A DNA stretch of 64,000 nt from Haliotis rufescens. Taxonomy: Eukaryota. The translations under genes were made by a program, and so were the position numbers. The stretch lies in the NCBI RefSeq assembly GCF_023055435.1, contig NW_025963791.1, forward strand, positions 23,808,001 to 23,872,000. The letters are read 5' to 3'. Under the pieces are notes generated by a model. The model ran no database searches, was not told where the DNA came from, and was given only the letters and a program-made list of their open reading frames with translations. Below are positions 38,801-49,456 of this stretch, piece after piece; positions within the stretch are counted from its first letter, which is position 1, and each line of letters starts with the position of its first letter.

Positions 38801-41800
38801 TCTCATACAAGTACAGTGTATGATATTTCACACAGTGTGTGATGGTATATATAGTCTTAAAAAAGAAACGCAAAGCCAGATTTGTGTGAGGTAGGAAAAT
38901 ACATTTATACGAAGAACCGTACACGGTATTGAGCCAAAATGTTGTGGAGAGAACACATGGTGATTGTAGTCATCTCAGTTATCGGTACATAAGAAAAGTC
39001 CTAGGTGAAGGTCAGCTACCATCAATAACGCGTATGTCCCCCGTAGGAATCGATAGTGGACTGACATCTCCTGCGCATGGAAGAGTCGAGTATGCGAACC
39101 ACATCCTGGGATTTGGGAGCCCACTCGGCCTGCAACGCAAAAACCAACTGCTGCAACGTCTGGGGTGTGGTTGGCGTCGGCGTAGCCGTCTGTCAAATTC
39201 ATCCCAAATGTGCTCTATCGGGTTCAAAACCGGAGAATTTTCTTCTTGTTCATTACTCTGTCCAGTTCTTCTTCGTGACCCTTTCTTCTTCTTCTTTATG
39301 ACGCTCTTTTTCTTCACGACTCTGCCCTGTTCTTCTTCATGACGCACTTCTTCTTCTTCATGACTCTCTTCTTCTTCATAACTCTCTTCTTTATGACTCT
39401 GTCTTCTTCTTCTTCATGACTCTCTTCTTCTTCTTCGTAACTCCTTTCTTCTTCATGACTGTCCTCTTTTTCTTCTTCTTCATGACACTCTTCTTCATGA
39501 CTCTCGTCTTCTTCTTCATGACTCTCTTCTTCGTGACTCTCTTCTTCTTCATGACTCTCTTCTTCTTCATGACTGTCCTCGTTTTCTTCTTCATGACTCT
39601 CTTCTTCTTCATGACTCTCTTCTTCTTCATGACTGTCCTCGTTTTCTTCTTCATGACTCTCTTCTTCTTCATGACTCTCTTCTTCGTGACTCTCTTCTTC
39701 TTCTTCATGACTCTCGTCTTCTTCTTCTTCTTCTTTTTCATGACTCTGTCCTGTTGGAAATAAGTCAAGCTGCTGTTATCTCATAGATATATTTAACTTT
39801 ATCAACTCAGGGAATATATAAAACATGTACAAAACTTCGTGATAAAACCTACATCCAGCCAAACTGCCTATGATAAATGTACATGTATTTTTTCTAGTTG
39901 TCATATTCGGGGGTGTTGCTATTGGCCTTGCAGTCCTCGTGTCTCAACTTGGGTCTGTGATGCAGGTATGTTCATTAATTGCATCTGCATGTCAACGGCA
40001 TGCCGAATGATTCAGTGTAACGAAGGATTTGTTATAAACCATTTGCCTCTGCTTATTATGCCCAGAAAGATCCCGGAAGATTCAGGGGCAGAACAGATTC
40101 CCAGTACATCATTCTTGTCTTTAGAACTGATACCTTGTTTAACATCGTCGACATCAATGTTCTACCTTTGTCACAGTCTGAACCCGGCAAACCAGTGTCT
40201 TGTTTTGGAAATACCAAAGTGTTGCACTAACGTGGTTTAGGTTCCTGGAGAAAGGAAACATCACATATCGAAACATTTGTTTGTTTGTTGTTTAACGCCG
40301 CACAAGAAAATGGCTGCCGATCGATCACCCCATATGAACTGTAAGACGACAAGCATGGGTTGCTGAAGACCTATTCTTCCCCGGATCTTCACGGGTACAA
40401 TATCGAAACATAGAAGATGAAACTACATATAGGACGCTGTTCGCGTACATTTACAGCTGTAACATTCATTTAAACCTATTACGTAAATTATACCTGTTAG
40501 TAAATAACAAGAATATGTCATCATTAGAATTGAATCATTCAGTAAGAAACAGTAAAATTATTTTATGAATATCATAATATGAAGCGTTAACTACGTTTAA
40601 GTGGTTTGGATGTTTTATTTGACTGCCGCAAATGGCTGTAAGATTGTTGATGTTGCGTGAGGCAATTATTACTAAGTCACTCAGGTCCAAACGGTTTGAA
40701 ATCAATATAAGACAGTCACAAAATATTCTTTAAAACACAATAAGTTAAAAAAAAATAACAGTTTCACAAATTCAATACTTGTCTTTCGACAGGCCTCCTA
40801 CAGTGTGTACAGCATCCTCAATGGACCGTTGTTTGGGTTGTTTGTTCTGGGCATGTTCTTTCCATGGGCAAACGCATGGGTAAGTATTCCCACCGACTGA
40901 CACAATGTTGATGACCTGTACGTAAAGTGCAAGTCTAATGAGTATATACACCTTTGGAGATAAGGATTAATGAAAATATCGTATGCAAAACATCGAAAGC
41001 GGCGCGTAAGTAAGGCGTATTTGCACTTTTGTCCTGTCTATCAATTTCAAATGCTGAAACAAAAATGCAGCGGAGGCGGAGCCTTGTATGCAGAGCTAAA
41101 TATATAGTCCAGGTTTCACTTGGAACAAATTGCATCAGAATTTATTTCACCACAATGCATTTCCGCAAGGTCCCAAGAACAACATACTTAAAGTCTCAAA
41201 CAATCCTAGTTTGGGAAATATGTCAAATTTTGCAAATCCAAAATGGCCACCAATTGCCAATATATCTTCCGTATTTCAGATGAGGTTCTGTCTTTTGATG
41301 AAAAAAGTATGTTTTGTATTGCGACATGTTTCTAAAAAGATATTCACTATTACTGAACGTTTTCAACTATTGATAAATCTACAAAAAATCAAGATGGCCG
41401 CCAATTTCAAGATGGCTGACAAGTTTCCTTAATATGAGTTTAGACTGTGGAATCTTTTAACTCTAAACAGTGTGCTAGGACTTATATGCATAATTATTAC
41501 TTGGCAGACTAACTCATTGAAGTATGGTTTACACTTTTAGATAAAAATCTCCGTGATCAGAGCCCGCTGGTGGCCAAACATTCCAAGATGGTCGCCAAGA
41601 GATTGCTGGACTTTTTGGGGGGGGTTGAGTCCCGTCCGGGATAAAAGTACGAGAATCTGTACTTTACTAAGAAAGTGTTATCCCAAATGTAACATTTTTA
41701 ACATTTGACCACTTTCTAAATGGCATTGTGTATTCATAGCTTTCGGCCATGGGAGCCGTGCTAATTTACACTTTTCCTAGGGGTACACAAAGTACGTGAT

Positions 41801-44800
41801 CTAGACTACCAGTTGTCGGACTTTCATTTTTGTGGAAGCCTCAGTGGCTGAGTGAGTTAGATCGCTGACTTTGTGTGCTGGTGATTAGGTGCCTCACTCT
41901 GGCAGTGTCGGTTCGAATCCCGGACGGGACTCAACCCCTAAAAAAAGTACGAGAATCTCGTAGTGCCGTTTTCAAAACGTTGTTGCCGTCATGCTAGAAT
42001 GGAGATAAACCTACTGTGTTTTGAAATTTGATGTAGTTCGAATGTAGAGTAGATACCTCTTTATTATAATTTGGAACCTCGCGCTAAAGCTTTTCCTCGG
42101 CCATCGTTTTCTAAATTATGGTGGGCACAAAATGATGTTAGAAATATCTATTACTATTTTGCATGGATACTTTCACTTGAACGTGCAGTGTTATCAACAC
42201 GGTTCAAACTGGCTCTTTTCATCATATAGCCAAAGGCGTTGTGATACCGCTGCCTCTTGACAGGACCAAACACATACAAAATATAAACAAGATCTTCTTC
42301 AAAGCAGCAAACAGTTCACGTCGTTAAGACATTCATTTTTTCACATGGAGAATAGTACACAATTCCTATTCAATAATGATTTTGTAATAAAATTGTCGGT
42401 AAAATCGCTTTATTTTTTATATTAGTTTGTGAGGTGTGACATATAACGTTCTTTGTAAAGACTATGTTATCAAAAGTTCGTGAAGAAAGTATTAAGTATA
42501 TGTATTTGTATAAAAACGCTTGGGCAAATACAAAAGTGGTTGGTTCATACATTGTAGGGAGCTTTAGTGGGCGCTCTGACCTCCTTGGCCTTCATGTGCT
42601 GGATCGGATTTGGTGCATTCGCCAACAAGGTTTCCACTGCCAAACCTTCCCCTGTCTTCACTCACGGCTGCAACTGGTCCGTCACAACGACATCGATTAC
42701 TACCACTACAACACTAGGGACTACAACCACACCTTTTACGGGCTCAACCGAGATGACAACGGTTGAAGCGTCAAGGTATACAAAGTAGAATAGGTTTGTA
42801 TCGTTATTTCTCTTTCTCTGATGAGAATGTAGGAATCGGGTGATCTGAGGCTCCGCCTTTCGTTTAGCTGTACCCGGATTCGCTAGTCATATGTTTGAGA
42901 AATAGTGATCCACATATATAACTGTAAACTGTCTCAAACGGTAAATTTAATTATTCACCCCAACACCCAAACTTGCTCACTCATGTGCAAATGGAAAGGA
43001 GAGAATTAATGGTACACTTACATGTACATCGGGACCGTGAAGATCCGGAGTAGAATTGGTCTTCAACAACCCATGCATGCCGTAAAAGGCGAGTATGCTT
43101 GTCGTAAGATGCGACTAACGGGATCGGGTGGCCAGCTCGCTGACATGGTTGATGCATGTCATCGTATCTTAGTTGCGTGGATCGTTGCTTATGGTGTAAC
43201 TCACTGGATCGTCTAGTCCAGACTCGATTATGTACAGACCGCCGTCATATAGCTGGAATATTGCTGAGAGCGGCGTTAAACAACAAACAAACCGCCGAGA
43301 AGGCGGTAAAATCTTCTCACAATAAATGAATAAATGTCCCACTGACATGTTAGCCAATTTCGTATAGAGAAATACACGTTACCAAGCTGGCCTGACGAGG
43401 GTGTACAAATTTGTTGTTTGTTGTTTAACGCCGCACTCAGCAATATTTCAGCTATATGACAGAGGTCTGTAAATAATCGAGTCTGGACCAGACAATCCAG
43501 TGATTGGTGTCATGAGCATCGATCCAGAACAATTGGGATACGATTACATGCATCAACCAAGTCAGTTTTCCCACTTTCCAGTGGTCCTTTCATACCGACC
43601 TATTCCTACATTCCAGCGACCCGTTCATACCGATGTACAAGTTATCTTATCTCTACTACACGCCGACGGCGATGGCAGTGCTCGTCATCGTGGGATTGTT
43701 CGTTAGCCTCATCACGGGTCTGCTACCAAAGCTATTATTAATCAAAATTATTTTTGCTTAACATGTCGATATTTGCCGTGAGTAATGTACTGAATCTTTA
43801 TCACAACTAAAATAAGGTGCCATTTTTAAAAAAATAAGCCACAACAAACGCATTCTTCACAAATGTATTGACGGGCAATTACTAATGAATAATTATTCAG
43901 AATGTAACCGAACCTATATAATAGCTCTCAATGTTTTTCTTCTATTTTTTTTTCACAGTGAATACGAGAACTTTAGTGAATAGAATTCATCAAACTTTTA
44001 GTCACATTTTTCCATGTTTAAGGTTTGAGACGTCCGGAGAGCATTGACCCTCGTCTAGTCTGCCCTCTGTTTGACCGCCTCTTCCCCTGCTTGCCAGAGA
44101 TGATACTCAGGCCTCTCAGATGCGGGGTCAACTATAAAGGGGTAGGTCATAGCATACAAGTAACTGTATAACACCCTACAGATGGTCAGTCATTTAGGTG
44201 TTTAACGTCCAATGATAATTTCGTGGACGCGAGGACCTACACACAGTGACGACTACTCGACCCGTGAGGGAGTGAGGGAGTTGGGTTTAACGCCGCTTTT
44301 AACAGTATTCCAGTTATATCAGCTTAATGTGGGAGGAAAGCCCGAAGTGATGCAGGTCTCAGACGTTTACCACTTTGGTGAAACCCACGAGCCCGGGTAT
44401 GGTGCTGACAAACCTAGAAACATAATCGGGGAGAACCGGGATTCTGGCGTGCCCAAGGGACGCAACTCTGCACAGCGAATCGCGGCGCCTCAGACGACTG
44501 GGCCACCCGTGACCCCATTCGACCCTTGAAGATCCGGGGTAGAATAGGTCTTCAGCAACCCATGTTTGATGTAAAAGGCGACTATGCTTGTCGTAAGAGG
44601 CGACTAACGGGATCGGGTGGATCAGGCTCGCTGACTTGGTTGATACATGTCATGGTATCCCAATTGTGTGGATCGATGCTCATGATGTCAATCACTGGAT
44701 TGTCTGGTCCAGACTCGATTATTTACTGACGCCGTCATATAGGGGGAATAATGCTGAGTGCGGCGTTAAACAACAAACAAACAATCAAACAAAGACAACT

Positions 44801-47800
44801 ACTCGTGTTCACACTGACACATTTACCATTGTAGAACAGATTCTCGTCCAGAATCGCCCACGCGTGGTAAATCGCGAGTCTCTTGAACAGAGCAGTGCGT
44901 CATCTCGTTCCTCTACGAGAGAAAACCTGTGCAGTTTTTAACCTGTTTTGTTCAAGACATCGCTGTACTGTTGAAGGTACCGTAAAATCCCACATAAACC
45001 CAACTGACAATACCGAGGAGAGGCTGGATTTACTGCAATGTTGTTGTTGTTGTCTCTGTAGTATTTCAACAGAAATAAAATAGTTCAGCTACAAATCTCC
45101 GCCCACTGGACCAGACCCTTTTCCCGTGCTCTGATCCATGATAATAACGCCATCCTGTGTCTCCATGGGTCACAAAGTAGATGCAATTCATGGATTAGTT
45201 GGTTGGTTGGTTTGTTCTTTTAAGCCGCACTCCAGCTGTATGGCGGCGGTTCAATTCATGGAAAACAGATGGTAGAGAACTACTACTTTCATATGAAAGG
45301 CCAGCTTTACCTAAACCTTTGCAAACCTTACCTGTATACAGTAACTACTATATATTTATCAAACAGTCGCTATCGATGAATATTTTTCCAGTTGTGTTGA
45401 AGACACGCGGAGACGTATTTATGAAATGTGAAAGGGACGATTGCAGTTGTTATAACAATTGTTTTAACTTGCGCAACACACGAAACGAGCTTGTATGTCA
45501 CCAATCTCATCAAAATCAGATCTTAGTTCTCACTATCCCTAAACAAAGAACTGAGGACATCCCATTACTTCAGAATGACCTTTCCTCCGACCAATCAAAG
45601 TGTCGCTTACTAGATCATGAAAGTGACACTCGGAATGTGTTTTCTAATCATGCAAGCTCGAAAACGTTAACACGATGTATTCCGAACGACAGTTACGGCC
45701 CGTACGACTAATTCCGTCAAAATTATTGTCTATCTTTCGTCTAACATTTGAACGGAGGAGGCGTTGCACAGTACGTGGGAAGCACTGCCATACAATCTCA
45801 ATCACATATTAGTCCTTCCGGAATGTTCGTGTGTTCGGTTTTCAAACTTTTAATCGAGTACTGCGTCAACATATTTTTCAAGCTAGTCTGAAATGGAAGT
45901 CGCCAGGTTGAAACGAGTGCCATAAAGCTCGAGAAAGCTGCTTTCTAACTGGTTGATGTCGACTTCTTGTTAGTCATTTCAGTGGTCAGTCAAAGTTCGC
46001 GAAAGGTCGTTCTGACGTGACCCGTAATGGGTCCTCAGATCTTTGTTTAGCGGCAGCGAGAACTTAGATCTGATTTTAATGAGATTGGTATGTCACAGAG
46101 ACACTCTGACAGCGTACTGCGTACACATCCCGAATACTAGTAGCTGGACACACTACATGCTATTCCGTTACTGCCATATTGCGTTTACAGTAGAAATAAA
46201 GTTACTTTCTTCCTCCGCTCTCTGGTCATGGTTTGAAAAGTTGATATGATACTATCGTCACGCCACATACAGTAAACTACGTTTATAACGAATATGCTCA
46301 TAAAGAAATGACCGATGTAACAAACCTATGTTTCAGTCCCGGCCATTTGTTGTATATATGCTGTATATATGCTTATAACGAACTACGGTTTTTACGAACT
46401 CAAATTAGTGGTCCCTTTGAGTTCGTTATAACCGTAGTTTACTGTAGCTGTTTCAACATGCAGTTAGGAAAAATTGGTAGGTTGGTTTGTTGTTTTACGC
46501 CGCTCTCAGCAATATTCCAGCTATATGACGGAGGTCTGTATATAATCGAGTCTGGACTAGACGATCCATGGCCAGTGAGTTACACCATAAGCAACGATCC
46601 ACGCAACTAAGATACGATGACATGCATCAACCATGTCAGCGAGCCGGGCCACCCGATCCCGTTAGTCGCATCTTACGACAAGCATACTCGCCTTTTTCGG
46701 CAAGCATGCATGGGTTGTTGAAGACCAATTCTACTCCGGATCTTCACGGTCCCAATGTACATGTAAGTGTACCATTCTCTCCTTTCCACGCAATTGGGAT
46801 CGATGACATGCATCAACCAAGTCAGCGAGCCTGACCACCCGATCCCGTTAGTCGCCTCTTACGACATGCATAGTCACCTTTCACAGCAGGCGTGGGCTGC
46901 TGAAGACCTATTCTACCTGGAATATTGCTGAGTGCGGCGTTAAAAACAAACAAGCAAACAAATAAATCTTTATGAGAGATCTCAATCATATCAGAAGAAG
47001 TCAACTTTTTGTCCTAACGCTGACGGTATTTCCTTAGACTTTACAAGCCGTTTGATCTATCTTGTTTGTCGTGTTTCTTCACTGTTACTCCCCTGACATT
47101 TTTGCACGCTCTGAGCATGAAATATGTATGTATATATTCACGTTAGAAATGGAATATTCTTTATGTTGTTATAATTAGTTATTTTATCAGTTGAAACAGC
47201 GTCGCCAGGTCGTCGTTTTGGACTGTGACATGATCATTTTTTCATGGAATCCACCCGCTCCAGCAATGGACATGTGTCGTTTCATATTTGCATTATTTTC
47301 GATTTTGATTTCAGATGCGTGGAAATCTCAATGACACTTCCACCACCAAACAAGGGCAAGTAACTCTATTAAGTAAAGGTAGGTGAAGCTGAAATTATTC
47401 ATGTCGTATAATTAATCCAAGCCAAAAAAACAAACATTTGCGTTTGCTCACAGTTTTCAGTCTCGTTTCACTTGGACCCAGCTGCTTGTTACTTGAGGCG
47501 ACCTGATGGATCGGGAATTTGTTTTGAAACTATTTATTTTGTTAGCTACATCTGCACAGCCAGATATTGTTCAATAAAACTGAAAGCATAAATATATTTA
47601 AACAAAACAAGATTGTATTTTTTTGGCACACAATTTCTAGTTTTCTAATAAAAATGGTCAGTCCCTAAGTAAGACCTATTTGAATTTTAATCTTTCAAAC
47701 TTTTTCTATCCTTGTTAAAATGTTTTTTTGTTTTTTGGGGGTTTACGCCGCACTCAGCAATATTCCAGCTATATGACGGCGGTCTGTAAGTAGTCGAGTC

Positions 47801-49456
47801 TGTACCAGACAATCCAGTGATTTACATCATGAGCATCGATCCACGAAATTGGGATCGATGACATGCATCAACCAAGTCAGCGACCACCCGATCCCGTAAG
47901 TCGCCTTTTATAAAAAGCATAGTCGCCCCTTGTGAAAATACCCAAACCATGAAAAGAAATACACAATAGACTTGTTACCCATCAACACCTCTCAATGAAA
48001 CTAATGAAATATATTTTCCATCGTTCTTCTACCATTTTGAAAATACCATAAGCGATCGATTGTAGTGTTGCCACATCCATTTTCATTGAATTGTTTTTTA
48101 TATGTTCTTATAATTGCATTCTGAACGGGTGTGAAGTCAGATCCAGATTTAGTTTATTTAGAATTCAAGGCCATCTGACCGATAGTATATTATATATATC
48201 TAAAATGTAACATATATCAGTGTTTATATCAGTGTCAGGGGCGGATTGTTATCTTGTTTGTTTGTTGTTTTAACGCCGCACTGAGCAATTTTCCAGCTAT
48301 ATGACGGCGGTCTGTAAATAATCGAGTCTGGACCAGACAATCCAGTGATTGACAGCATGAGCAGACTATACCAGACCCACGAAGATTCCGGGTTAGAATA
48401 GGTTTTCAGAAACACATGCTTGCCGTAAAAGGCGACAATGCTTGTCGTAAGAGGCGACTAGCGGGATCGGGTGGTCAGGCTCGCTGACTTGCTTGATGCA
48501 AGTCATCGTATCCCAATTGCGTGGATCGATGCTTATGATGTCAATCGATGGATTGTCAGGTCCAGACTCGATTATTTACAGACCGTCATATAGCTGGAAT
48601 ATTGCTGAGTTCGACGTTAAACCAATCATCATAACAACCAACCAACCTTAGTTCCGATTTTGCAGTTTTAAGTATCAGGTCCTTATCACGAACTGGAGCG
48701 GTCAGGTAGTCTAGTGGTTAAAGCGTTCGCTCGTCACGCCGAAGACCCGGGTTTGATTCCCGACATGAGTACAACGTGTGAAGCCCATTTCTAGTGTCCC
48801 GGATATTCCTGGAATATTGCTAATAAGGGCGTAAAATCAAACTCACTCACTCACTCTACAGACGAACTTAACAATTATAGGTGAAGGGGAGTACCGACAT
48901 ATCAGCCTATGTGCTATGTGACTAACTGAATATGACCGGTAGCTAGTCTCTCCGGTTGAGTACGTTCCTATGTTTGTATCTTCTTCTTATACTGTCCCGG
49001 TTTGCTTTAATATGAGGGGGCACGGGTGGCCCAGTCGTCTAAGGCGCCGCGATTCGCTGTGCAGAGTTGCGTCCCTTTGGCACGCCAGAAACCTATGATT
49101 GTGGGTTCGAATCCCGGTTCGCCCCGATTATGTTTCTAGGTTTGTCAGCACCATACCCGTGCTGATGGGTTTCACCGTAGTGGTAAACGTCTGAAACCTG
49201 CATCACTTCGGGCTTTCCTCCCACATTAAGCTGACAAGCAGTGATGTAACTGGAATAGTGTTAAAAGCAACTCCAACTCGCTCACTCACGTTTACTTCTT
49301 TGATAGAATGCCTACGCTCACTCACTTTAATATGACCCTATTAATATCAAAGTTAAACTTTCACTTAAGTTCCAGAAGAACGGGAAACAGATATATAAAA
49401 AGCTGACGAATCACCAGAGAAGATCCAGCCTATCGATTACTATGGTGTCGACGTAG
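22593..49456 (+). CDS. SLC5A8-like: Gene C: SLC5 sodium:solute symporter, 15 exons, about 619 aa as assembled; last exon frameshifted relative to paralog D
   Basis: Exons 22593-22958, 25147-25212, 25795-25846, 26193-26260, 28103-28257, 28363-28503, 29564-29696, 31643-31731, 33382-33497, 39898-39965, 40793-40879, 42558-42775, 43617-43717, 44023-44141, 49376-49456. All are GT-AG with the same phases as gene B. Exon 1 is nearly identical to gene A. Confidence 0.92.
23900..24220. mobile_element. Two divergent delta fragments
   Basis: Minus copy 23900-24066, plus copy about 24085-24220. Confidence 0.75.
24345..24890. repeat. About 32-bp minisatellite, roughly 16-17 copies, gene C intron 1
   Basis: Unit tacagtaaggtac(g/t)ttgatctcctgttatac(g/t). 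Confidence 0.92.
26721..26893 (-). mobile_element. SINE family alpha, nested in a Helentron-like repeat
   Basis: Full-length reverse copy; TSD tcttctccaag. Confidence 0.88.
27004..27370. mobile_element. Penelope-like pLTR remnant with about 42-bp inverted repeat and degenerate hammerhead
   Basis: aagtaaggataagatttatggatgaacaacttctttattaca (about 27006-27047) is the exact reverse complement of 27286-27327; an HHR-like motif lies on the minus strand at 27055-27093. Confidence 0.6.
28545..28581. repeat. (GT)n microsatellite
   Basis: Directly visible. Confidence 0.9.
28750..29200 (-). mobile_element. Degenerate Penelope-like retroelement RT fragment
   Basis: ORF 28934-29170 encodes [30 protein letters not shown], resembling the PLE RT C-terminal NFPFLSSNIP.APAYGVYISQLIRYARACS pattern. 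Confidence 0.75.
29770..30830. repeat. 37-bp minisatellite, more than 20 copies with decayed ends, gene C intron 7
   Basis: Unit cacactggtaatttaatatgccagatctttatctc(c/g/a)a. Confidence 0.93.
32678..33048 (-). mobile_element. SINE family beta with expanded internal (CA)n
   Basis: Reverse copy with the B-box region deleted; (GT)n at about 32755-32800. Confidence 0.85.
34343..34615 (+). mobile_element. SINE family beta (internally deleted)
   Basis: TSD ccagtt(t/c)gtattca; the empty site is present in paralog D near 61145. Confidence 0.87.
35578..35838 (-). mobile_element. Delta element, full length
   Basis: Matches consensus; further fragments at 35250-35500, 25248-25385 and 40276-40396. Confidence 0.85.
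36330..37225 (+). mobile_element. 5'-truncated, degraded LINE (RT C-terminus plus CCHC knuckle; RTEX/CR1-group-like)
   Basis: [14 protein letters not shown]...[21 protein letters not shown], then [10 protein letters not shown]...[17 protein letters not shown]. Confidence 0.75.
37230..38720 (+). mobile_element. Second degraded LINE of the same type, interrupted by a beta SINE
   Basis: [11 protein letters not shown] (YADD-like), [51 protein letters not shown]. Confidence 0.78.
38127..38461 (-). mobile_element. SINE family beta inserted in a LINE remnant
   Basis: TSD g(t/c)cattagaaatag at 38113-38126 and 38462-38475. Confidence 0.88.
38850..39780 (-). mobile_element. Tc1-family transposase remnant (C-terminal half and one end)
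   Basis: Minus strand: LTYFQQD ... [20 protein letters not shown] ... ALQAEW ... SMRRRC ... GGHTRY*. A Tc1-like terminus (aaaaaagaaacgcaaa) lies near 38855. Confidence 0.8.
39240..39750. repeat. Low-complexity (TTC)n-CATGACTCT minisatellite inside the Tc1 remnant
   Basis: Variable-length unit ctctcttcttcttcatga. Confidence 0.93.
41835..41960 (+). mobile_element. tRNA-like SINE head of a further family
   Basis: A box tggctgagtgag and B box ggttcgaatccc; no clean cloverleaf. Confidence 0.5.
43033..43292 (+). mobile_element. Delta element
   Basis: Shares private substitutions with the inverted copy at 46480-46752; a partial minus copy lies at 43410-43565. Confidence 0.85.
44268..44511 (-). 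mobile_element. SINE family gamma
   Basis: Reverse copy of the 49016 consensus. Confidence 0.82.
44521..44790 (+). mobile_element. Delta element
   Basis: Full-length consensus match. Confidence 0.85.
46268..46446. mobile_element. Tc1/mariner (pogo/Tigger-type) MITE
   Basis: About 23-bp TIRs cagtaaactacgtttataacgaa / ttcgttataaccgtagtttactg, flanked by TA. Confidence 0.82.
46480..46962 (-). mobile_element. Delta element plus adjacent delta fragments
   Basis: Consensus match on the reverse strand. Confidence 0.82.
47740..48647. mobile_element. Cluster of delta elements (47740-47930 -, 48255-48362 -, 48375-48647 +)
   Basis: Consensus matches in both orientations. Confidence 0.8.
48697..48855 (+). 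mobile_element. SINE family alpha
   Basis: Head ggtagtctagtggttaaagcgttcgctcgtcacgccgaagacccggg and (actc)n tail. Confidence 0.82.
49016..49324 (+). mobile_element. tRNA-derived SINE, family gamma
   Basis: Head ggggcacgggtggcccagtcgtctaaggcg...ggttcgaatcc, body ttcgggctttcctcccac, (actc)n tail, TSD ctttaatatga. Ends about 50 nt upstream of gene C exon 15. Confidence 0.85.

Noticed and set aside
39391-39768. Lys-rich protamine-like ORF and its Phe-rich antisense ORF
   Set aside because: Both arise from a (TTC)n minisatellite inside a dead Tc1 element within an intron.
40930-41810. Region with repeated caagatggc motifs and a TAGTCTAG-like end, possibly a DNA transposon
   Set aside because: Matching termini and a TSD could not be established, so it is not listed as a feature.
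44521-44620. Canonical HDV-like ribozyme at the delta 5' end (GCGACUAA resembles J4/2)
   Set aside because: I could not build the P1/P3/P1.1 nested pseudoknot; kept only as an unclassified structured-RNA candidate.
45199-45711. 170-aa ORF in gene C intron 14 (also 1164-1745 and 3260-3655)
   Set aside because: No recognisable motif, non-ATG or shadow starts, and no supporting splice context.
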